DNA of 64,000 nt, from NCBI GenBank assembly GCA_964016885.1, contig OZ024743.1, positions 299,708,001 to 299,772,000 on the forward strand, in the 5' to 3' direction. Of this stretch, positions 1-13,348 are shown piece after piece. The translations under genes were made by a program, and so were the position numbers. Numbering within the stretch: position 1 is the first letter of the stretch; every line of letters begins with the position of its first letter. The notes beneath the pieces are model-generated. The model had not been told where the DNA came from. It did no database searches and worked only from the letters and a program-made list of their open reading frames with translations. The DNA is from Eledone cirrhosa. Its lineage: Eukaryota.

Positions 1-522
<522 letters not shown>

Positions 523-725
523 ATATTTCGTTTCTGAATTTGTTTAGCAAGATTCTTTATCTGAAATCGTGTGTTGAAACCGATATTGTTATACTTTGGG
601 AGGGTCATGTTGCCAATAAGAAACACACGCACCAGTTGCTTTCACTTCAATTTTATTTATTAAATATTTATAAATTTCTGGTTGGTTGGTTGGTTCCACA
701 ACCAGATAGTTGTTTATATATATAT

Positions 726-770
726 AGTCATAGTTCTTTCGTCACACACTCTGTGACCTCTTCAGTGACT
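726..770 (-). ncRNA. Type I hammerhead ribozyme in the PLE-A pLTR (inverted copy)
   Basis: Reverse complement of 6920-6964. Confidence 0.8.
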
Positions 771-1067
771 GGGGATTTATTTCTTCGTTTCTGTGCCTTT
801 CCTTTCTTCTATCCTACGCCATTTTGTTTGTGTGTGGGTTGCGTGCTCAGTTTGCGCATGCGCCACATCCGGGTGTCTGTGTGTGTTTGTGTTCATTTTT
901 CTATTTTTCTATTTATATTTTTCTATTTGTTTGTTTATTTATTTATTGTTGGTTGGTTGTTTGTTCTATGTGTGTGTGTGTTTTCATTTTGTCTTGTGTG
1001 TGTTTTCATTTTGTGTGTGTTTTCAATTGTAAGTTGTTTGTTCTATGTGTGTGTTTTCATTTTGTCC

Positions 1068-2800
1068 TTAATTGTAAGTTGTGATGTTGCTGTTCCACTC
1101 ATATTTTCTATTTAATTTTGGTTTTAATTCTTTTATGCTTACTGCCTCTGTAATTTGCCTAAACATTGCGTCTTTCTTGTGTGTGGATTCTATTTTTATT
1201 TCTATGCTCTCTAATTTACCCCTGTGTTCTATCTTAGCATGTTGGTAGAGCACAGATGATTCTTTACTATCTTGGAGGTCTCGCCAGTGTTCATTTATTC
1301 GTTCCCCTATACTACGAGCTGTCTCACCTATGTACACTATATTTTTGTTTCTACATTGTCCTTCAGTACATCTTATGCTATATACTACATTTCTAGTTTT
1401 ACAGTTAATATGGGGGCTTATTTTACAGGTTATACATTTCTTATCTATACATGAGGGTCTTTGGAACGGGTATGTCTTGCTAATAAGTGTTTTTACGGAG
1501 GTACCAGGTCTTTCTACTATCTTAATATTGAGATTATGTTTCTTTAGGGCCCTTCTAAATTTGTAGGCTAGTTCGCCTCTAGGGGTTGTATTGATGAACA
1601 TTACACTCTGGTATTTATTGCTATCATACCATGAGTTTATTCTATTGGCCTTGTTCTTAGTTCTTTCTATTCTACCAAAATTTGCTCCTATACAAGGGGC
1701 AGGTCCCATTTATGTCATTATTTACCATTTTTTCCCATTTGGTTCTGGCTCCTTTATACACTCTGATTCTATCTCTCTGATTGTAGCCAGAGAACTGCAT
1801 ACGGTGGATGAAGTGTTGTATGTGTCTCTCTAGTTCTTCGGGGTTGCACATGCGGGACACATTTCTCATCACCCGTACCAAATCCGCAATCAGTATGTTG
1901 ATTTTGGTATGGTCCGAAATGGCCGAGTTTCGGTGGATCAGATGTTTGGAAGTCATGGGTTTGGCATAATGGGAATGGAGGATTTGCTTTTGGTTGTTAA
2001 TAGTATCTAACCAGAGCTCTGTGTCTAGTACAGGTAATCGATGGTTGGGGTGTCTACTTGGGTAGTCTATAGTAACTCTAATGCTCTGGTGGATGGAGTT
2101 TGCTATTTGCTGGATGCTTTCCATAGTGTTTTTCTCTAGTTCCTGACTGTTCTTTAGTGGGGGTGTCTTAACTACGATGTTTATATCATCTACGTAGCGG
2201 GAGTACATTATCAGGGTTAAGCTGTCTTCTAATTGTTCATTAAGTTTTTGTTTAAGTCTACTGTCCCACCATACCATGAATAAGTTAGCTATGTCGCCTG
2301 CAATGCTAACACCAATGGCTGCTCCTTCCTCTTGGGCATATGTTTTACCATTAAATTTGAACATATGTTCCTTAAGGGTTAATTTTATGCTGGCCCCTAC
2401 CGCATGTGCAATCAATTTCTTCAGTTCATCGTGGTTTTCGGGTGTCCGTATGGCTCTGGTCCACCCGTTCCATCTATCTGTGTGGGTTTTCTTGGCCATT
2501 GAGGTAATGGTAGGTGGTCTGCCTCTTGCTGGTCTTGTAGGGCACAGGTTGCTAAGGTCATAAGTGTCTAGGTAACTATTACTATGGGTAAGCTTAAGTA
2601 GAAGTCCCAGCTCACTGGTATCAATCCCACGGAACTCAACCTTGCTCTCGCCGATCATTTCGACGCATTTCTCCACAGCAAAATCCACGTCAATAGATGG
2701 ATACAGGGACACAACATCCATACTGCCTATTATGCAGTTTGTTAGGTCCCCAGATCGGTTACCCGCGCCGATTCTGCTGAGAAGGTTCTCCGTGCTGTCA
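1068..2800 (-). pseudogene. Truncated, frameshifted RT/GIY-YIG ORF of the inverted PLE-A copy
   Basis: ORFs 1672-2814 and 1068-1709 match the forward protein. There is a 2-nt deletion near 1674 (TTTTGGTAGA vs TTTTGGAATAGA) and a few substitutions. Confidence 0.9.
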
Positions 2801-2801
2801 C

Positions 2802-3620
2802 ATGACCCTCCCAAAGTATAACAATATCGGTTTCAACACACGATTTCAGATAAAGAATCTTGCTAAACAAATTCAGAAACGAAATATCGTAAGCCTTAGC
2901 CAGGCTAACAAGATACTGAAAACCACCATGTTCTGTTGTCTACGAAAAACCATAACATCTCGACAACTACACTTCATAAAACTGTGCACCACTTCTAGAA
3001 TCTACACCAACACCATCAATACCGACGTTAGAAGATTACAACTCACCAAAAAACAAGCAGATAGGCTAAAACGAACTTTAATTCTAAACATAAAAAAGAA
3101 GATCTATAGAGAATTAAGTCATCAAGAAAAACTAAAGCGTAACCTAATAGATGAAATATCTAAAATCACCACACCAGCAGAAAAACTAACATTTATAAGC
3201 CTTATACGCCCCGAAGAACAGTACATTACTCAAGAATGTAATAAGCACTTTAACAGAAAATTAAAGTGGCTTAAACAGGCAAAGCTAAATCGGGATACTA
3301 TAGAGTATACCAATAGATATCCCGACAAAATTGACGGTATCAACATGGCCGACACCTCATTATCTGAAGAGTTCAACAATGAAAATACCAACATTTATGG
3401 AAACACGGAAATAGATAATAATGAAATGTCTGTGTTACGTCTGCCACCCAAATTTGCGACATTCCAGAAGGTAAATATGATTAGTTGTCTGTCAGAAATA
3501 GAAAAATCATTTACGAAACTACGCTGGAGCATCAAAAACAAAAACAAAAGCAACAATATACGCACACACATATACAACACACATCCCAACAACAAGACAC
3601 ACAGACACAAACAACAATAA
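2802..3620 (+). CDS. N-terminal part of PLE-A polyprotein (basic, helical; ends with LPPKFA...EIEKSFTKLRW)
   Basis: 272-aa ORF starting at the ATG that follows the pLTR. It has a PLE-like N-terminal motif and overlaps the RT ORF, which is in the -1 frame. Confidence 0.7.
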   Translation: MTLPKYNNIGFNTRFQIKNLAKQIQKRNIVSLSQANKILKTTMFCCLRKTITSRQLHFIKLCTTSRIYTNTINTDVRRLQLTKKQADRLKRTLILNIKKKIYRELSHQEKLKRNLIDEISKITTPAEKLTFISLIRPEEQYITQECNKHFNRKLKWLKQAKLNRDTIEYTNRYPDKIDGINMADTSLSEEFNNENTNIYGNTEIDNNEMSVLRLPPKFATFQKVNMISCLSEIEKSFTKLRWSIKNKNKSNNIRTHIYNTHPNNKTHRHKQQ

Positions 3621-6600
3621 CAACAACAATAGCAACATACCCAGATACAACAACAACAATAGCAACATACCCAGATACAACAGACACGCAGACACAAACA
3701 ACAATAACAACACACACGGAGACAATAATAACAACACACACATCAACAACAACAACAATAGCAACATACCCAGATACAACAACAACAGACACGCAAACAC
3801 AAACAACAATAACAACACACACAACAACGATAACACACACACACGGAGACAACAACAACACACATCAACAACAACACACATCAACAACAACAACACACAC
3901 GCATTCAATGCCTCTCACCACCACCACAATCTTAACAAACACACAGACACAGAAAACAAGTAATGACAGTAGCACAGAAATCAGAGAAATAAGAGAAAGT
4001 AATAGGATTAAAAGGAAAAGGAAAAGGAGATGGGAGACTAAGGACAAAGAGAATAACCAAGACGAACACACAGACACACAAAATAGGGTAGATAACAACA
4101 TTGAGCCAGTGGAAAGAGACAGGAGTAATTATGAGAGACATAGAAACAACCATGAAGCTGAGGCTGCTGCTGTTGGTGGAAATAGAAACAACACAACTAA
4201 CAATAACAATAGCACTAGTACACATAAAGCAGCAGCCTGGAACTCTCCGTTTTATAACCCCTCCGATAAATCATTCGACCTGCGACGAGTCCACGCCACG
4301 ACTTTGCCATTTAACAAACGCACGCAGTTGCCGTCGCAGGTCGATGAACAAACAGAAGCACAATTTAGTATAGCTAAATCCGAACTTAGAAATATTATAG
4401 AACAGTATAGCAAGAAGCATAATAGAATAGAGGCCCAGCAACTGGGAGAAGAATCTGCAAATGGCTTGCGTAAGCTCATGCAGCGCTCGCGTAATGGAGA
4501 GATAGCTTGCTTTCCAACAGACAAGTCTGGCAGAATGTCGGTTGACAGCCTGCCAAACTACATCCAGGCAATGCAACCCCACATCACTAACACAAGAGAG
4601 GTAACACCACAGGAGCATGAGGATAGAGAAAAAACCCTCAATGCCCATATGGTGATGTGGACAAATATAATGCAGCCCAACAAAAGGACTGCCAACAACT
4701 TCCAGGCCTGGAACAATGACGTGCCGGCGTTGTATGGGCTTCGAAAAGACCATAAAACGGGCTGGGACCCTGTCGCGGGACCACCAACACGGCCAGTCTG
4801 TGGGGCTAACATTGCTAGTAACTACAGACTGTCCTACTTCCTCTCCCTGATCATACGCCCCATCATTGAGATGTCCCCAGATGTGTGTGACAGCACGGAG
4901 GACCTCCTCAGCAGAATCGGCGCGGGTAACCGATCTGGGGACCTAACAAACTGCATAATAGGCAGTATGGATGTTGTGTCCCTGTATCCATCTATTGACG
5001 TGGATTTTGCTGTGGAGAAATGCGTCGAAATGATCGGCGAGAGCAAGGTTGAGTTCCGTGGGATTGATACCAGTGAGCTGGGACTTCTACTTAAGCTTAC
5101 CCATAGTAATAGTTACCTAGACACTTATGACCTTAGCAACCTGTGCCCTACAAGACCAGCAAGAGGCAGACCACCTACCATTACCTCAATGGCCAAGAAA
5201 ACCCACACAGATAGATGGAACGGGTGGACCAGAGCCATACGGACACCCGAAAACCACGATGAACTGAAGAAAATGATTGCACATGTGGTAGGGGCCAGCA
5301 TAAAATTAACCCTTAAGGAACATATGTTCAAATTTAATGGTAAAACATATGCCCAAGAGGAAGGAGCAGCCATTGGTGTTAGCATTGCAGGCGACATAGC
5401 TAACTTATTCATGGTATGGTGGGACAGTAGACTTAAACAAAAACTTAATGAACAATTAGAAGACAGCTTAACCCTGATAATGTACTCCCGCTACGTAGAT
5501 GATATAAACATCGTAGTTAAGACACCCCCACTAAAGAACAGTCAGGAACTAGAGAAAAACACTATGGAAAGCATCCAGCAAATAGCAATCTCCATCCACC
5601 AGAGCATTAGAGTTACTATAGACTACCCAAGTAGACACCCCAACCATCGATTACCTGTACTAGACACAGAGCTCTGGTTAGATACTATTAACAACCAAAA
5701 ACAAATCCTCCATTCCCATTATGCCAAACCCATGACTTCCAAACATCTGATCCACCGAAACTCGGCCATTTCGGACCATACCAAAATCAACATACTGATT
5801 GCGGATTTGGTACGGGTGATGAGAAATGTGTCCCGCATGTGCAACCCCGAAGAACTAGAGAGACACATACAACACTTCATCCACCGTATGCAGTTCTCTG
5901 GCTACAATCAGAGAGATAGAATCAGAGTGTATAAAGGAGCCAGAACCAAATGGGAAAAAATGGTAAATAATGACATAAATGGGACCTGCCCCTTGTATAG
6001 GAGCAAATTTTGGAATAGAATAGAAAGAACTAAGAACAAGGCCAATAGAATAAACTCATGGTATGATAGCAATAAATACCAGAGTGTAATGTTCATCAAT
6101 ACAACCCCTAGAGGCGAACTAGCCTACAAATTTAGAAGGGCCCTAAAGAAACATAATCTCAATATTAAGATAGTAGAAAGACCTGGTACCTCCGTAAAAA
6201 CACTTATTAGCAAGACATACCCGTTCCAAAGACCCTCATGTATAGATAAGAAATGTATAACCTGTAAAATAAGCCCCCATATTAACTGTAAAACTAGAAA
6301 TGTAGTATATAGCATAAGATGTACTGAAGGACAATGTAGAAACAAAAATATAGTGTACATAGGTGAGACAGCTCGTAGTATAGGGGAACGAATAAATGAA
6401 CACTGGCGAGACCTCCAAGATAGTAAAGAATCATCTGTGCTCTACCAACATGCTAAGATAGAACACAGGGGTAAATTAGAGAGCATAGAAATAAAAATAG
6501 AATCCACACACAAGAAAGACGCAATGTTTAGGCAAATTACAGAGGCAGTAAGCATAAAAGAATTAAAACCAAAATTAAATAGAAAATATGAGTGGAACAG

Positions 6601-6622
6601 CAACATCACAACTTACAATTAA
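3485..6622 (+). CDS. PLE reverse transcriptase plus GIY-YIG endonuclease, preceded by a Thr-rich low-complexity insert
   Basis: PLE RT motifs TDKSGR, LYGLRKDHK, RPVC, SMDVVSLYPSI, GAAIG, RYVDD, LPVLD. Linker CxxxxCxxC..C. EN motifs VVYSIRC...YIGET.R...R..EH...H and LNRKYE. Confidence 0.93.
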   Translation: MSVRNRKIIYETTLEHQKQKQKQQYTHTHIQHTSQQQDTQTQTTITTTIATYPDTTTTIATYPDTTDTQTQTTITTHTETIITTHTSTTTTIATYPDTTTTDTQTQTTITTHTTTITHTHGDNNNTHQQQHTSTTTTHTHSMPLTTTTILTNTQTQKTSNDSSTEIREIRESNRIKRKRKRRWETKDKENNQDEHTDTQNRVDNNIEPVERDRSNYERHRNNHEAEAAAVGGNRNNTTNNNNSTSTHKAAAWNSPFYNPSDKSFDLRRVHATTLPFNKRTQLPSQVDEQTEAQFSIAKSELRNIIEQYSKKHNRIEAQQLGEESANGLRKLMQRSRNGEIACFPTDKSGRMSVDSLPNYIQAMQPHITNTREVTPQEHEDREKTLNAHMVMWTNIMQPNKRTANNFQAWNNDVPALYGLRKDHKTGWDPVAGPPTRPVCGANIASNYRLSYFLSLIIRPIIEMSPDVCDSTEDLLSRIGAGNRSGDLTNCIIGSMDVVSLYPSIDVDFAVEKCVEMIGESKVEFRGIDTSELGLLLKLTHSNSYLDTYDLSNLCPTRPARGRPPTITSMAKKTHTDRWNGWTRAIRTPENHDELKKMIAHVVGASIKLTLKEHMFKFNGKTYAQEEGAAIGVSIAGDIANLFMVWWDSRLKQKLNEQLEDSLTLIMYSRYVDDINIVVKTPPLKNSQELEKNTMESIQQIAISIHQSIRVTIDYPSRHPNHRLPVLDTELWLDTINNQKQILHSHYAKPMTSKHLIHRNSAISDHTKINILIADLVRVMRNVSRMCNPEELERHIQHFIHRMQFSGYNQRDRIRVYKGARTKWEKMVNNDINGTCPLYRSKFWNRIERTKNKANRINSWYDSNKYQSVMFINTTPRGELAYKFRRALKKHNLNIKIVERPGTSVKTLISKTYPFQRPSCIDKKCITCKISPHINCKTRNVVYSIRCTEGQCRNKNIVYIGETARSIGERINEHWRDLQDSKESSVLYQHAKIEHRGKLESIEIKIESTHKKDAMFRQITEAVSIKELKPKLNRKYEWNSNITTYN

Positions 6623-6919
6623 GGACAAAATGAAAACACACACATAGAACAAACAACTTACAATTGAAAACACACACAAAATGAAAACACACACAAGACA
6701 AAATGAAAACACACACACACATAGAACAAACAACCAACCAACAATAAATAAATAAACAAACAAATAGAAAAATATAAATAGAAAAATAGAAAAATGAACA
6801 CAAACACACACAGACACCCGGATGTGGCGCATGCGCAAACTGAGCACGCAACCCACACACAAACAAAATGGCGTAGGATAGAAGAAAGGAAAGGCACAGA
6901 AACGAAGAAATAAATCCCC

Positions 6920-6964
6920 AGTCACTGAAGAGGTCACAGAGTGTGTGACGAAAGAACTATGACT
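6920..6964 (+). ncRNA. Type I hammerhead ribozyme in the PLE-A 3' UTR/pLTR
   Basis: AGTCA-CTGAAGA-G-GTCACA gagtg TGTGAC-GAAAG-AA-CTA-TGACT. Confidence 0.8.
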
Positions 6965-7103
6965 ATATATATATAAACAACTATCTGGTTGTGGAACCAA
7001 CCAACCAACCAACCAGAAATTTATAAATATTTAATAAATAAAATTGAAGTGAAAGCAACTGGTGCGTGTGTTTCTTATTGGCAACATGACCCTCCCAAAG
7101 TAT

Positions 7104-7155
<52 letters not shown>

Positions 7156-7156
<1 letters not shown>

Positions 7157-9012
7157 ACCCTAAGGCCTTCTTTAAATTTGCAAAAGAAACTGCCTCAGTA
7201 CACTGCAAGATTGGACCACTCTTCCACACGGACGGTTCATTAACCGAAAATCCCCAAGAGATATGTGAAATACTGAACGAACAGTACAAAAGTGTCTTCA
7301 CATGTCCACTGAGGCACATGCAAATAACGAAGCCAAAGGGGTTCTTTGATGCCACAACACTACATCAAGAAATGGCAACCATCAACCACATAGACATAAC
7401 GGAGGAGGATGTGGTGTACGCCATTGATGAAATTAGAACAGACTCGGCTGCTGGACCTGATGGATTCCCAGCAATTCTCCTAAAAATATGTAAGCGGGCC
7501 TTAGCAACCCCACTGAAGATGCTCTTCAGAAGCTCCTTGGCTAGCGGTGTACTACCCAGGGAGCTGAAAGAAGGCACAATATGCCCTATCCATAAAGGAG
7601 GTAGTAGAGCGGAGGCCAAGAAATATAGGCCAGTCTCCCTGACGTCGCATATCAGTAAGGTCATGGAGCGAGTCGTCAGAAAGAAACTAATCACTTTCCT
7701 CGAAGAAAATGACCGCCTGACTAGCACGCAACATGGCTTCCGCCCAGGAAGAAGCTGCCTTACACAGCTGCTACATCACTACGACTGGGTACTGAGACAA
7801 CTACTAGACAGCTCACATGTGGACGTGATATATCTTGACTTTGCGAAGGCCTTTGACAAGGTCGACCACGGAATGATATGTCACAAACTACACGGACTCG
7901 GCATAACTGGAAAAGTAGGTGAGTGGCTGCATGGCTTCCTAAGGGACAGAAGCCAGGCAGTCGCAGCAAATGGGGCCCTCTCAAAGGAAACACCAATAAC
8001 AAGTGAGGTGTCCCAGGGGACAGTCCTGGGACCACTACTGTTTTTGGTGGCTCTCTCGGACATGCCCTCTGTGGTGCATGCAACAACATCCCTCACTAGC
8101 TATGCTGATGACACTAAGGTAGCACAGGCAATCAAAAACCCGGCTGACGCTGCCCTTTTACAGCAGGATCTGGATGCCATATACAGATGGGCGGAAGAAA
8201 ACAACATGCAGTTTAATGCTGGCAAATTCCAAGCCCTACAATACAAACCTGCAAACACAAATATAGTGGAACACAGTTACACAGGACCAGGAGAGACCGA
8301 TATCCCCGTGTCAAAATCGATACGAGACCTGGGCATAGACATGAGCGATGATGCATCTTTTTCTTCACACATCATGAAGGTGGCGACAGCATGTAGACGA
8401 TTCGCTGGCTGGATCTTGAGGACTTTCCTTACAAGAGATCGAGACACCATGTTGACACTGTGGAGGACTTCTGTCCTAAGCCGCCTGGACTACTGCTCCC
8501 AGCTGTGGTCACCCCATAGTGTCAAACTAACCACGGAGCTTGAGGCAATCCAGCGAAGCTACACCAAGAGTATTGCCAAGATGAGGGAGACAAGCTACTG
8601 GGAGAGGCTGAAGGAACTGAACCTCTACTCCTTGGAGCGAAGACGGGAGAGATACGCAGTGATCTACATGTGGAAAATCCTGGAGGGACTAGCACCAGAC
8701 TTTGGCATTGGGAGCTGGACCAACCGTCGAACAGGACGTCACTGTGTGGTGCCAAAGGTCCCGTCTTCCACATCTAGAATAAGGAGAAGGTATTGCAATA
8801 GCCTGGGATTCAAGGGCCCTCAACTCTTCAACAGGCTGCCGAGGCATCTGAGAGACTTGCATGACGCGGAGGTGGATGTCTTTAAGAAACATCTCGACAC
8901 CTTGTTATACAGGATCCCGGATGAGCCCACAGCAAGACATGAGGGAAACCTAAGGGCAGCAGCAACAAACTCCCTCCTACACCCGTGGCCAACCTATACA
9001 GGCTGGAGATAA
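7156..9012 (+). CDS. LINE ORF2 reverse transcriptase domain and C-terminus (APE endonuclease lost by truncation)
   Basis: AAGPDG, YRPVSLTS, QHGFRPGRSC, YLDFAKAFDKVDH, VSQGTVLGPLLF, YADD, RDLG, LDYCSQLWSP, LYSLERRR. Confidence 0.9.
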
Positions 9013-9086
9013 AATGTGTAGCAACAAGGGCGGTGCCCCAGCATGGCCTCAGCCGGATGGCTGTAACAGGTAAAAGAGTAAAAGAG
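7156..9086 (+). mobile_element. 5'-truncated CR1-group LINE inserted in (TA)n
   Basis: Frame open from 7156 (NPKAFFKF...) to stop 9012. The short 3' UTR ends with GTAAAAGA x2. Flanked by (TA)n on both sides. Confidence 0.9.
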
Positions 9087-10750
<1,664 letters not shown>

Positions 10751-11265
10751 TGAGAATAGGATGGCTGTGTAGTTGCTAGATAGGTTAGGCTTAATAATGG
10801 AATGAGAATAAGAATAAAGCCAGAACGGGGCAGGGGGGTGTTCCTCATCAGTTGTCTACTGTCGATCTCGGATATTTCAACGCTTTAAAGACACTATATC
10901 TACCACAAAGCGTTCAATAACTGGGTAAGTTATTGGGAAAACGGATGAGGGAGAGAAGGAAAATAGAGGGGAAAAGAGGAAGAACAGAGAAAACAGTGAA
11001 AACAACAACAAACCGAAGAATGTGCAAGAAACTGAAGGCAAGAGACTCCAAGACCACAGCAGTAACAGAGCTTAAGTTCAAGAGCGTGTGATCGAACGAA
11101 AAACACGTCTGACCCAAGCCTGTGTAAGTGAGAAAAGGACTGCTAGAAGGTAGAAGGTCAGGCGAGGGAAACAATGAAGTGACAGGCAGAGGAAGAGTAG
11201 ATAGTAACGAAATAGGTAGGTAGAAGGAGAGAGAAGACGGGTCACAGCGATATATATATGTATTA
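10751..11265 (-). mobile_element. Solo ~500-bp monomer structurally related to the 495-bp satellite unit (putative retrozyme)
   Basis: Same HHR-like motif with identical spacing, a purine-rich + strand, a similar end (CAGYG...ATATATGTATTA), and TA-rich flanks. Confidence 0.55.
10841..10939 (-). ncRNA. Putative non-canonical (scrambled-order) hammerhead-like RNA
   Basis: Minus strand: TTCC CAATAAC..GTTATTG AACGCTTT gtggt AGATAT-A-GTGTCT tt AAAGCGTT GAA-ATATC..AGACAA-CTGATGA-GGAA. Confidence 0.55.
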
Positions 11266-11285
11266 CCAAATATACTATATATACA

Positions 11286-11319
<34 letters not shown>

Positions 11320-11320
<1 letters not shown>

Positions 11321-11373
11321 GTTAGAACACGAAAAGTGTGAAACAACAGAATGTTCACTTTTCGTGTTCTAAC
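11320..11373. repeat. Short inverted repeat (18-bp arms) next to (TA)n
   Basis: GTTAGAACACGAAAAGTG ... CACTTTTCGTGTTCTAAC. Confidence 0.8.
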
Positions 11374-12311
11374 ATATATGCCTAGCTTCTTTAAAAATTT
11401 TTCGGGGATAGCCGTGGTGGTGGTGATCGTATGTCATTGGCTAATTTTCAACCAATCAGAGTACCTCTCTATATATCTCTTCCACTGTTACTTACACCTG
11501 TTTCTCTCTATCTGTTCCGTCTCTATATATATCTCTTACTCTTTCGCTTTGCACTCCTCCCCTTCAATACCATCTCTCCCCCTCTCTATATATTTGTTAC
11601 TCTATCGCTGCACGCTCCTCTCCTTCAATATATCAATTACACACGCTTTACACTCCTTTATCCCCAGCGCCCCTATATATACACCCCCCCCCCTCTCCCG
11701 CATCTATATTTTAATGTTCTGTTGCACCGTGAATATATGTGTCTATATATATATACATATATATTGTATATACACATTCATGTATGTGTATACACACTCA
11801 TGTATGTATATACACTGGTTTTATGTGTGTATTGTAAATTTGTACCGTTAAAACACGAAACTAACATTCGATTGACACTTTGATTACCTGTACAGGCAAT
11901 AGTTATTAGAATGCTGTTGAAGTGTGTATATATTTTTGGGGGACATCCTGTATATACACACATTATATATAATACAATAAACAGATAAATACACACATAT
12001 ATATATGAGCTTATTTAATTATAAATATTGTGAATTTTTAACTCAGTTCAATTATATATATAAATGGCTTCTACAGGACTAGAACTGTTTCATTCGAAAG
12101 AAATCATCATAATATTGAGAGGGGGGACTAGATAAAATATTTCAAATCAAATGTGTATAAGTTATAAGTTAAAATGTATAAATAGAGACGATAGTGGAGG
12201 TATATCTGTTTAGTGGAACAGTAGACGATAGAATTAAATACAGACGAGAATCTCCCTTTAATGAAACAGCAGACGATAGAATTAAGGCAATTTAAATTTT
12301 AAGCATTTGCA

Positions 12312-12365
12312 TTTTTGCCTTTCATCGTTACGGGGTCGATAAAATAAAGTACCAGTAATACACTG
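12312..12365 (+). mobile_element. SINE central-domain fragment
   Basis: GCCTTTCATCGTTACGGGGTCGATAAAATAAAGTACCAG, shared with the other SINE copies. Confidence 0.65.
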
Positions 12366-12740
12366 TCACTAGACGACTTTCAAATTGAATTGTTGGTTCC
12401 ATTTCTTTAGTATTTTCAATTGTAGTTATCTACTTAAAAAGCGTTACACGGTTAGAGACATAATTCGTAAGTTATATCTTCCCTATTAAACCATTGCATT
12501 ATTTCGCCTACAATAGAACAAAAATGAAATGTTCTTTAAAGAAACAGGAATATAACTTTATAAAAAAAAAAGTTGCATCCGCTTCTTTTATCATTGATAA
12601 TTTTTTCGTTTTAATATTAATTGTTTTTTGTAGTTGTTTATATTAAAAATCTTACTGTAATATTTACTTAAACGAAGGCAAACATCTAAACTTATAGATT
12701 AATCTTGAGCGAAGGACTAGATAAATCTCTCTCTCTCTCC

Positions 12741-12781
<41 letters not shown>

Positions 12782-13174
12782 AACGAAGAATGATAAAATT
12801 TCAAGCAAAGAGTTTAATTAGGTATATTTTGTAATATTATTAACTAATTATTATAATTAACGCGCATATTTTGCTATCCTCAAACACGTTTACACATGGC
12901 ATGAAATATAACTAATCCGAGATGGCTAGGTTTCATCTTCTAACTGGATAAATGAAATCCATTATGTCTTGACAACAACATGAGGTAACATTATGTTATT
13001 CACAGACACACTTTGTACACTGTTCCATATCAGAATGTATTTCCTTCGTCACATTCACAAACAGTATTGAAAATATGTTCTTCGGCAAATAAAAATGTTT
13101 TGTTCATAATATTTCAACTAGCGATTGCTCTACTCCACGCACGACCACCATAAATTAATGACCAGCTCAACACA

Positions 13175-13348
13175 AGTATTGGTAGAACGTCAGACACCAT
13201 GCTTTGCAGTATTGTTATGGTCCTTTGCATTATAAGTTCAAATCCTGCCGAGGTTAACTTCGACTTTCATACTTACTAATTCGATAAAATAAAGTACCAG
13301 TAATGGACTGCCGTAATGGATTTGTGCCGAAAAATAGAAACACTATTA
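13175..13348 (+). mobile_element. tRNA-derived SINE (Meta-domain-like), diverged
   Basis: B-box-like GTTCAAATCC, GATAAAATAAAGTACCAG, tail TTGTGCC..AGAAAC; homologous to 35765-35958. Confidence 0.7.

Larger units (their letters stand above)
523..2802 (-). mobile_element. 5'-truncated inverted copy of Penelope-like element PLE-A (RT C-terminal part, GIY-YIG, 3' UTR/pLTR and tail)
   Basis: Near-identical reverse complement of about 4886-7110, extended by a tail (523-609) that repeats the ORF start 2801-2887. Confidence 0.95.
2801..7110 (+). mobile_element. Penelope-like retroelement PLE-A (C-terminal EN+, CCHH-type GIY-YIG with Cys-rich linker; Neptune/Nematis-like), near full length
   Basis: RT plus GIY-YIG ORF. 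The 3' UTR has an HHR and runs into a repeat of the ORF start (7085-7110 = 2801-2826), ending in (TA)n. Confidence 0.93.

Noticed and set aside
540-7012. Hydrophobic antisense ORFs over PLE-A (e.g. 540-1115, 6575-7012, 3395-4225)
   Set aside because: Antisense readings of A/C-rich UTR and insert sequence.
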